Positions 53,660 to 64,000 of a stretch of 64,000 nt of DNA are shown one piece after another (the stretch's first letter is position 1; every line of letters starts with the position of its first letter). The DNA comes from Octopus sinensis. Taxonomy: Eukaryota. The stretch spans positions 14,694,001 to 14,758,000 of the forward strand of contig NC_043002.1 in NCBI RefSeq assembly GCF_006345805.1, in the 5' to 3' direction. The position numbers were made by a program, and so were the translations under genes. The notes beneath the pieces were generated by a model. It worked only from the letters and a program-made list of their open reading frames with translations. It was not told the DNA's origin and did no database searches.

Positions 53660-54300
53660 TATACATTAATAATTGCAGGTGATTCAAATGCTCTATGTAA
53701 GTTAATAGCCATCAATTATCCGGCTGCACGAATAATGTCTTAGTTATAATATTCTCCAGTGGATGATAAATGAATTAGCAATATTATTGAGAATCCAAGG
53801 CGAATAAAGACATCATTACATAATTCAACATGCATCTTGCTAAATATGAATAGATTATACTTACCATGAAGTGTTAGAGATATGAAGGACGGATATAACT
53901 GGAAATGTATGATATGATATCCATACTATATAAACAGCAATTAAAGAATAAGTTAGGACACAAATACAAATTACTAGAAGATATGAACAAAAGAATCATT
54001 CTTCTGTATTAAAGAAGAAGGCAAATACAGCACAAGAAAAGATAGATTATAGCAGTTGGAAGGAGAATGAAAAAACAATGGGCGAAGTTCTGTAAAGCTT
54101 GGATGTAAACTGAGACGGAGCAGTTGAAGGTTACACTAAATGAATGGAGGAAAGTGAAGTTATATCAGCAATGCATGCAAACGAGTCTAATGTGTGGAAA
54201 TAGAATACGAAACACTTCAACTCTGTGACGCATTGGTAAGCAAAGAAAAGACTAAGTGTGCATTAATTGCAGTGTATGATCATACGCTTATTCTTGAAAC
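53660..54300 (+). mobile_element. Heavily decayed R4/Dong-like LINE internal fragment
   Basis: Residual motifs IAIN, NRLYLP and KTKCALIAVYDHTLILETYKI appear in the order expected between the RT and RLE regions. There are many stops. Confidence 0.4.
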
Positions 54301-54406
54301 ATACAAAATCATGAAATGGAGAATTGTCTAACAGAATTATATGTATAAGAAGCAAGAACAGAAACAGCTAACAGTATAAAAAACCGTACTAAAACTGCTG
54401 CCTTAG

Positions 54407-54533
54407 ATATGGGTATGCAGATTGGCACCTGGTATCGACAGGCGGATCCATACCGACTGACAGCGGCATTGGACATTCGCTTGATGGACGGCCCATTTAC
54501 ATCAAACGGGGTTATTATCAAAATGATCTGTTG
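54407..54533 (+). CDS. Candidate exon encoding a DM9-repeat-like peptide
   Basis: ccttag| ... ctgttg|gtaatg. The frame reads YGYADWHLVSTGGSIPTDSGIGHSLDGRPIYIKRGYYQNDLL, resembling the DM9/DUF3421 pattern W....G.IP....G...DG..IY..R.....DLL. The similarity is by eye only and no partner exons were identified. Confidence 0.3.
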
Positions 54534-56029
54534 GTAATGGCGCATGTCTACACATCACTAACTAGATCATTGGAAAACAAGCAGCATCTTCGTTCCTGGC
54601 ACATCTTTAATTCTGAATAGTGCAGAGGTAAGTGACATATAAATTTCAGAAGAAAGGCTTTTATCTAGTTCCCTTTCATTAGCACCAACCTATCTCGGAT
54701 CAAAGGCAATAGAATTTTGTATTCTTTAACTAGGATCATAGACACTCGACCTAACAAATAAGACTTCGCTAGAGCTACCGCTATAGTTATATGTGTAACT
54801 GTATAACGCGAGTGCATTCCCGGAGACTTTTATTCGAATATATATATATATATTATATATATATATATATATATATGAAGCTAGTCCAAACATAAAAACA
54901 CAAAGAGAAAACACAACAACGCGAGGACGTGGAACAAGTATAGTGTTATTAGCCGCTCAGGTAACGAAAGAAAGTAGAAGAATTTAACGTTTCAAGCGGA
55001 GCTCATCGTCCGGAACATAGGAAAAGGAAAGATCCAAGGAAGGGAAGGCGGAGTCAAAAGTCGCCAACGATATATATATATATATACTTACAATAGGAAA
55101 TTATCATACACAAGAATGACGTTTTCAAGTGAGCTGTCATAAAATTTACTAGAAAGCAGTAACAATAAATTAAATAGCATAATATAAACTGGAACACGGT
55201 ATGAATCGCTATGAATACCAAATTCAAACCCATATTAACCACAGTCAGTTTGTTATCAAATTTGAATTAAAATCATTCTGCTTCACACAACTATATGTGA
55301 AAGAACGATATTACAACAGTATAAATGTAAAATGAAAGTGAAGATTTAGTCAAGATATATGAGAAAAAAAAAAGATATGAAAAAAGTATGAAACAAATGA
55401 AACGTGGTATTAAAGCAATATGAAAAATATTGAAATTTGAAAGGCGATGACAGGCAAATCGCAAATGGAAGATAAAAAAGAACCATCTCTATCAAATGCA
55501 AATTAGCAAAACAATATAACCGAAAGCAAGAACATCTTAGAAAAATAGTTTCTTGCCAAATCCCTAAAATAGTGTTCTTCCGTAAGCGTCATTCGTCAAA
55601 GAAACATTCTTTTCGCGTTAAATATAAAACAATTTTATGAATATCCAGCCAACATAAAGAAATGTAAATAAAAGACTAATTTTGCCATCGGACATGCATA
55701 CAATGCAAACATCAAGCATTTGTCCAAAAGATTTGTTCACAGAATTGGTGTAGCGCCAACGAGAGCAGGTACTAGATAATATTATTACTGTATAGCTCTA
55801 GTATGTGACAAATGGCAAAGCTTTGGGCTAGATGAACTAGAGGATTACATCAAAAATTTTGTAAAGATAATGACTGGTTTAGAGGAGAACGAAAACCAAG
55901 TTTTTCTCAAGAACTTCATGAAAAAGAGAGTAAATTTTTTAAAATAAATTATTTTCATCAGCACGCCTTCAGTCTACTGAGTGAAGCAAATAAAAGATGA
56001 AAACGGAATACCATCTGAATATATTTATA

Positions 56030-56661
56030 CAGTTTCATGCTGCCAACGAAGCACGCGGAGATCTGTTCTTGATTCGACGGTCATTCAGAATACTCACAGC
56101 AGCCATATTCCTACCGCTCTATGTCACGCTGCTGAGACCCATATTAGAGTACGGGATTCAAGCCTCTTCTCCTTATCTCCTCAAAGACATATAGCATCTC
56201 GAAAGAGTCCAGAAGCTGGCTACCCGCATGGTTCAAGGTCTCAAGAATTTGTCCTATGAAGAAAGGCTGAAGACGCTCGACCTTTATTCTCTAGAAAAAC
56301 GCCGCCGCCGTGTTGATCTCATCCTTGCTCACAACATCATAAGCGGAAAGTGTAACCTCTCGAAAGAGCTGTTCTTCACTCCTGCTCCAGAGCGTCGGCT
56401 GCGGGGTCATTCCAAAAAGCTCTACCTGCGACGATTTCATTTCAATCGAAGGAGAGGAGCTTTCTCCGTCCGGGTTGCGGATCCCTGGAACAAGCTGCCA
56501 GACGAGATGGTGAAGATGCCGACGACCGCTTTGTTCAAAGTCTCCCTTGACCTCAAGTGGTTTGAACTCTTTACATGAACACCACCCTGTACATAACTCC
56601 ATGTCCCCCTACATGGCCTTGCTTTTTGCTTTTGAGCCAAAAATTAACTAACTAACTAACT
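56030..56661 (+). mobile_element. 5'-truncated CR1-type LINE ORF2 3' end
   Basis: LYVTLLRPILEYGIQASSPYLLKDI*HLERVQKLATRMVQGLKNLSYEERLKTLDLYSLEKRR...RGH...FSVRVADPWNKLP. One in-frame stop at 56192-94, and an (AACT)n tail. Confidence 0.85.
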
Positions 56662-57897
56662 ATAAAGGAAAATTATCAAATCAGAAGAGATAAATATTAA
56701 GAGATCCATTGCAAAACTCATGAACCTCTCCATTTCTCTTCACATTGTAACTGTCATGCTGAACGCTGCTGTAAGTTACAAGAGCTGTATAATGAAATTG
56801 AATCTTCTCATAGTTACAGAAGACTTTCATTTTGAAGGTGATATCCTAAAGACAAAGGGACGCATTTTTATTGTTTATTTTTTGTAAGGCTTAGATATGC
56901 ATCGCTTAAATTCACATAGCATTTTGTTTAGAAACACGTCGATGTGGGTTTCAAAAAGGGACATAGTCAGCGTCCAGTCTGGTAGTATGAGAATGACGCG
57001 AGGGCGAAAATAAGGCATTTGAGGTCTGGGATGCAATATGGAATCCAAGAAGAGCATTCAAATAAAGAAAAAAAAACAATGAATGTAGAAAATGTAATCT
57101 GATCCTAACACTCGAAAATTGGTAATAATTCAAGAAATTCAAACAGTACATTTTCTCCGGACAATGCGCATGTAATTTCTGTTTATAACACTCTGATAAC
57201 AAACAACGATATTTTTTTAAAATTTACAGAAATCTTGAAAACACAAAATTTCAAAGAATACAAATGTATATAGAATATTATATGATGCCACCAGTCAAGT
57301 GACAACACAATTATATAATCGCTGAAAGATCTACTGAAATAGGAATTTTAAAATTCAAGCAAACTACATGGAAAGCAAATGCCTTGTCATTAACATTAAA
57401 AATAAAAATTATTTCCCACACTCTCTGTTGTTGTGTCGCTCGCTCTCATTTGTTTAATAAATTAAATAATACAATAGAATAGAAAATAAGAACGGCAGAT
57501 AAATTGTAGAACAATGTAGTATAACAAAAATACATGATGTAGTAGGTGTTTTGAAGAATTTCTGAGTCTAAAATGAAACATCAGTATATCTAACGAACTT
57601 GACACTTTGAATTAAATATGTAGTTCAAGTCCAACGGCCTTATTTAGAGGTTGATAAAAATAAGACACACACCATTGAAGGATCAGTTAGAAAATCAAAA
57701 GCAGAACTTTAGGGTTGAGTGCGGGGAGTGTAAGTATGGGCAGGAATAACTTCGTTTAGACCGATGAATATCACATATGAAAAACCAGGGAGACAACAAC
57801 AACGGATGCAGCGACGAAGTACATAAAAAATTAAAATGGAAGGCGCCAGTACATGCTATATTGCACATGACATTAACGCTTTTTACAACATATGATA

Positions 57898-58200
57898 GTG
57901 GAGGCACGTAACCTAGTGGTTAGAGTAGCGGACTCGCGGTCGATGGATTGCATGTTCGAATCTCAGATAGAGCGATTTGTGTTTATGAGCGAAATACCTA
58001 AGCTCCATGCGGCTCTGGCAGAAGATAATGGCCAACTTTTGCTGACTCTTTCGTCACAATTTTCTCTCACTCTTTCCTCCTGCATCTTGCAGCTCACCTG
58101 CGACAGACCGGCGTCCCGTCCAGGAGGGGAACCTATATGCCAAGGAAACCGAGAAACCGCCCCTTATAAGCCAGGCATGGCTCGAGAAGGAACAAACAAG
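57898..58200 (+). mobile_element. tRNA-derived SINE with V-domain-like segment
   Basis: Family D-like head, then cacctgcgacagaccggcgtcccgtccagg, which resembles the V-SINE domain as I recall it. Confidence 0.7.
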
Positions 58201-59116
58201 ACCATACATTGTAATATATCTGTTTACGTTATTAACAGGGGCACAGAAAGTGTAGAGAAGTATACCGAGATACTTACGGAGCCGAATAAAAGACCTCAGT
58301 AGCTCGCTGTGATTGAAACAAACTTCTTACCCCAAAATAACTTCACGACAAACCATAAACACTAATGACACAAACAAACGTTCCTACAACACACGAAGAC
58401 TTAAAAAGAGTTAGCAAATATCCATCTGAAAATAAAAATCGCATTCCAGATAAGTCTTATGTATACTACAAAATTCAAATGACTATAAAAATGAACAAGA
58501 AACCTATAAACAATAAGTATAGGAAAAACAAATGTCTGAGCAAAGCTTCGATTTACTATCAGAATATTCTTGACGGTATTCCCAACAAACCGGTTCCGGG
58601 AAATGGTAATCATTTCTGAGTTACCACTGTAAAGGGATATACAGTGACAGTGAATATTGAACGTGCATTTTAGATGGAATGGTAAAATAGAAAGCAGTCA
58701 TCATTACATAAAGCATATTGGAAGAAGGTTCCCGCTCCCTTCAGTCACTTTTACACTAAAACTAGCATATCTGAATGAAATATTGTTTCAAATTTGTCTC
58801 TGAAACTAATCTTTATTTAAGTTATAGAATGTCATAGGCAGGAATTAAATAAAACCTATTCTTTTAATTCAATCGTCAGTGGATTATCGACTAGCTGTGA
58901 TATTGCCATGAATATCTTAGCGTCGACCACAATGTTAGCGTCGACCACATCGAAAATTTTATATATTCGAAACCTATACATATATTCTAAAAGTATTCTC
59001 TATCGCGAACATGCATCTATCGATACACACGCATGCGCAGATACATAAGTAAGTGTATATGCACGCACGCATAGTTTTATGTGTGCGTGCGCATGAACTG
59101 AGAGTCTGTTAATATA

Positions 59117-59377
59117 AAAAAAGATAAATGCTCCCTTTTAAAGCCTAGCCAGGTTCATGGGCCCGGTTTCCCTGTTTCTATGGCATATGTGTGTCCCAGC
59201 TGGATGGGGACGCCAGTCCATCGCAGCACTACTCATTTTCGCCAGCTGAGTAGACTGGAGCAACGTAAAATGAAGTGTTTTGCACAAGAACACAACGCGT
59301 CGCCCGGTCCAGGAATCGAAGCCACAATTTTATGGTCATGGTACTGACGCCCTAACCACTAAACCACGCACCTCCAC
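59117..59377 (-). mobile_element. tRNA-derived SINE with V-domain-like segment and 13-bp TSD
   Basis: gtctgttaatata at 59104-59116 and 59378-59390. Minus strand gives gtggaggtgcgtggtttagtggttaggg...gcttcgattcc...gcgatggactggcgtcccc. Confidence 0.85.
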
Positions 59378-60431
59378 GTCTGTTAATATAGTAATTCTAA
59401 AGAAAATATATATATAATTTAGGAGATACATATATATAATTCATCTTCTAAACACAGATATCGTTAAAGTTTTAGTTCACATATGAAAATAAAGGTGAAA
59501 TTTTCCCGCGTGTTAATTGCATAAAGCAATTATATTATCATTAAAATACATTATTACAAAAGTTGTATTACTTTTAGGTTTGTATTTTTACACCTACGAA
59601 GGAGAAAATGCTGAGTTTGGTTTTCTTCGTTGTGAAACTTTAATGTAACTTTAAAATTACGCACCATCTGCAAACAAGGTAGTATTTCATGTTCGCTGTA
59701 ATTTTTTGACGAGACGAAGTTATTATGAAATGTGTTAACTACGTTGTAACGCTCAAACGAATATTCATCCCAACGCATTTGAATTAAGAATATTACAATA
59801 ACATAAGATTGGTTTTAAAAGAAACTGAAAGAAAAAAAATTTAAATCGAAGTAGTATAAAACGATGTTGTATTTTGAATATGCATATGCATGTGCATTCG
59901 ATTATTGAAGGAAATGAGATTAAACAGTATGGATGGAAACGGAAGAAGGAATAAGAGAGAAATTATTCAATAAAGATAAGCGAGATGAAGGGAAGGACTA
60001 CAGTGAATGGGTGAAGAGTGAGATTGGAAAGGAACAGTAAACAAGGGAAATAAAGAACAGAAACCTCCAAAACATGAAATTGATTAGAGTATAGAATGTT
60101 GGATTTAACGGAAAATAGGTTTTGATAAAAATACAAATAATAGTCAAGGGAAGTTGAAGAGCATGATTGTGAGAGTAGATTTTGAGCTGTAAAAATTGTA
60201 AAGTCTGGACTGATTGTAGGAATAATTAAATATTGTACGATTCTTACGTAATGGAAGAGTAACTTCTAAAGACGTTCAACTAGATCTAACATTGAAAATG
60301 AATCGCATAGTTTCTTCATTAGTGACATGTTATACTCCGAAACTAAGAGAAATCACAAAAGACTTCATAGTGGTTCAGTGATTCAGTGATTCAGATTCAT
60401 ACAAATGCACACACACAACACAAACACACAG

Positions 60432-60463
<32 letters not shown>

Positions 60464-60503
60464 ACACATACACACATACGTACACACACACACACACAAA
60501 CAA

Positions 60504-60549
<46 letters not shown>

Positions 60550-60801
60550 TATATATATATATGTATACATATACATATACACATACATATACATAAACAT
60601 ATACATATGTATAGGTAGCTCCTACACGCAGTTTTTTCTCTCCTTGTTTCTTTTCTGTGTATCTTTCTCTCGAAGAGCGTTGGCTCGAAACGTAAAAGAC
60701 TTGTTCTATTTCTATTCATAAGCGCCATACTAATACATTTGTTTGTTTGTACTCCACCTGCCTTCGTCTTTTGTTGATTTTCGTAAATCTTCCCGTTATA
60801 T

Positions 60802-60850
<49 letters not shown>

Positions 60851-60852
60851 AT

Positions 60853-60883
<31 letters not shown>

Positions 60884-62831
60884 CATATACATATATATTT
60901 TAAATAAAATTTCAGAATGCATAATATATATAATTTAGGGAAAGACTTCTATTAAACAATTCAGTACACAAAGATGTTATTTATACCATATAGAAAACAT
61001 ATACTATAAAAAAATTGTTCTAAAAGCAATAAAGTGCCATTTAAGTCTTCTCTCAGAAACTAATCTTAATTTCAGAAATTGCTGAAATTTTGTATGGAGC
61101 TCGAACTCGGACAGTATACATGAAATCTCACTTGACATCCCATGCCATGTTTCGAGTTCCAGCTTTGCGCTTCTACACTGAATAACTAACGGAATGAATT
61201 TCGCCCATTGCACTTTCGGTTAAGAAAGTCATTTCACAGCCCAATGTACCCGAGAAAGTTAAATACAATTGTACTTACATATATTTCAATTAATGCTGCA
61301 AAGCCCGCAATGATCAAATACTCTGGTTTAAGTAAGCATCGCACACGTCGGCAAAATATACTTTGCAATCTAAATATCACGAAAGCTATAGTTTAACAGC
61401 GCACAAACGCATCCCTCCGACTGTTCGACGTCGCCAACTATAGGTCAGCTGTATTTTTTCCACATATTGTCATTTAGATTAATTTTTATAACACACCTCT
61501 TTGCACAAACAAGTTTACAAAAAGCACATTTTAACTGTGCAAAGATACAACCTCTATGTATTTATATACACAATTTACGCATTTATATACATGCAGTGTA
61601 TATCATAATGATAACAATAATTCGAAGTAATTAAAGTGAGTGTACTTAAGATTAAGACTATGTTTTGCGGATCATTTCTGTTTGTTTGCCAGAGGCTCCA
61701 AAACTTAAATTTACCGAAAATTTTAAAATTTGTCACGAAAATTCACTTGCCCAAACTAAATTGCTGGAGGTATTTAATTTTTTCCAGAGAAAATGCTTTT
61801 AAAAAGTTATAGTGGTTTAATGTTTGATCATTTTCACCAGGTCAGGAAATAGAATTGGGAAGCTTTCTTTCTATGTATGAATGTACATTTTGTCAACATC
61901 CTGGAAATAGCACGTGTTGACAATATTTGTTAAAAATGCTTGTTTGCTTGTTATTTATTCGATAATTTTCTTTCGTGTAAATAAATATTTATGTTAATTT
62001 AAAACAGAAAAACTGTTAGTTTTAAATTTATAACTGAAATGTTGGCAAATAAACTTTAATGTAAAAGGTTTAACGAAAAACTTTTCTTTAGCGGTAATTT
62101 TTAGCACACCTCAGAACCACATCAATTCCGAATGACAAAAAGAAACAAACATTAAACAAAAACAAATATGTTTAATTACAATTTAAATATGCATGCAGAA
62201 AAAGATCTGTCTGGTCTGACGACAGGCCCCCGCCCCCGGAAACGTATTGCTCAGGTAGGCCCATCTTGGGTTGACCTCTGTCAACACGTGCTTCTTCGCA
62301 GACTTTTTAAAGACTGTTACTATGGCAACAGGCAAAATAGTTTCTGTTACTATCGAAACAGACATGAATATGTCTGTGGGTTACGATTGGCTAAAATTAG
62401 CAAAATTTTCGAACTTTAATTACGAATAACTCTTTATTTATTGATTTATAGCGAAAATTACTTTCACGTCATTAATTAGTCTATAAAAGTTATTCATTAC
62501 ACTGAATATGTAATCAATTCAGACAGAATATTTACGCTGGTTCCCCTGGCATCCAGACTGAAAATATCATGTTTTGATCCAAATGCGAAAAGCATTACAA
62601 AAGAAGAAGAATATGCCTAATGCCACCTATAATGATCCAGGGAAAGTGACACTCTGCGAATACTTCGATTAGAAGTACTTTTACAAAATCCAAAACATGA
62701 AACTCATCAGAATTACTTACAGAGGAGAATTTAAGGTTGAAACTTGAAAACTCGAGTATAAAGCAATTATACATAAACATGCGGGCACACACAGACACAC
62801 TCACATACATATAGATACATACATACATATG

Positions 62832-62890
<59 letters not shown>

Positions 62891-63489
62891 GGGATAAAAA
62901 CTTTATAAGAACTTATCATGTATTCAGTGTGAAAAACCTCATAAGGGCAAAAGAAAATTAAAATTATTCTCTTTAAATATATTTATTTTAAGGGCATTAC
63001 TATACATAATTGCCTCACGCTATGAGTGACTCTTAAAGTGAAAACTACCATAATATATGTAGTGTACCGAACGCGAGGGAAATGCAACTCATATAATCTG
63101 CAGCTGAATCTGTTCTTAAGGAGCTCGCTTCGAGAGTTGAATATATTCAATATTAAAGTAATTATATTATAGTCTACATCTATAACAAGGCGAAAATGAA
63201 CAATAATCACATACACTAATTGTAGCAGCGCTCACCAGGCAGTTTTTTCCTACGTTCTACGCCACCTCATTCCCCGTTTTGCATAATTTGTTAATATGTT
63301 GCGTCTAATTTTTCAGTGAATCCTTTAATTGTTTAATAGTACTCACATTCAGGAAATTTAACGCTGTATACTTTATTATTATATTGATTCTCGGTGTGTG
63401 AAACGTTTTAAGAAAGGAGTTTCGGATAATTGAGAGCCTATTTACTCATAGGATCAGAAAAAAAAGGTATTTTTATTTCTCTCTGACAA

Positions 63490-64000
63490 GCGTGGTTGTG
63501 CTGTTGAATAGTTTTTAGCAAAAAGATGTGAGGTGTATTGGGACTATGGATCTAGCGAAGGTATATGACTGTGTGGATATGGATGCAATGTGGCAGGGGC
63601 TGCGGCTGTATGGAGTAGATGGTAGATTGTTGAAAGCTGTTCAGAGATTTTAAAAAGAAAGTATGGTGCTCGTTAGTGTGGGTGGTAAAGTAAGTTATTG
63701 GTTTGGTATGAAGATGGAGTTAAGACAGGGTCATGTGATGTCTCTGAAGTTATTTAATTTATACAAAGAGGGGGTGGTGAGATTGGTAAATGCTAGAACC
63801 TTTGGTAGGTGTGCCGAAACGGTGGGATAAAATGGCAGGTCAGTGAGTTATTGTTTGTTGATAATGCAGCATCGGCGGTAGATTCGGAAGAGCAACTGAG
63901 GTGACTACTTGTAGAGTTTGGAAGAGTGTGTGGAAGGAAGAAACTGAAAGTGAATGTAGCTAAGAGTAAGGTAATGAGATGTTCGAGGGGGTGAGCGGTT
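63490..64000 (+). mobile_element. Degenerate RTE-like LINE reverse transcriptase, running off the window
   Basis: MDLAKVYDCVD...LRQGHVMSLKLFNLY...LLFVDN...LKVNVAKSKVM. These are the DLEKAYD, RQG..SP.LFN and LFADD motifs decayed, with several stops. Confidence 0.8.

Noticed and set aside
55100-61400. Decayed coding-like patches at about 55100-55960, 57690-57800, 58300-58620, 59760-60350 and 61000-61210
   Set aside because: They are probably old transposon debris, but too eroded to assign a family without a search.
62220-62245. GC-box-like ccccgccccc in an AT-rich background
   Set aside because: It is a single short motif with no promoter context or nearby gene.

Overview
AT-rich, repeat-dominated eukaryotic DNA. 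The tRNA-derived SINE families and the dense (TA)n/(CA)n/(TAA)n microsatellites look like a cephalopod (Octopus-like) genome; this is inference from repeat content. No intact host gene can be supported. Most ORF-track entries are microsatellite read-through or SINE frames. Recognisable coding sequence is transposon-derived: R4/Dong-type (RLE) LINE 3' ends sitting in (TAA)n arrays, RTE and CR1-type LINE fragments, Penelope-like relics, an internally deleted mariner and a pogo/Tigger relic. There are also about 15 SINE copies and MITE-like hairpins. The best signals are: (i) an apparently intact type I hammerhead ribozyme (42531-42591, +), a near-intact one (28239-28299, -) and several decayed hammerhead cores, mostly in short cassettes bounded by (TA)n; (ii) repeated near-perfect fold-back inversions next to (TA)n tracts; (iii) a 546-bp monomer present once inverted and then as 5+ head-to-tail copies joined through its TATA ends, like a rolled circle. 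These could be Penelope pseudo-LTR/retrozyme biology, (TA)n-driven rearrangement, or partly long-read assembly artefact. One short open frame (54407-54533) resembles a DM9 repeat and may be a host exon.
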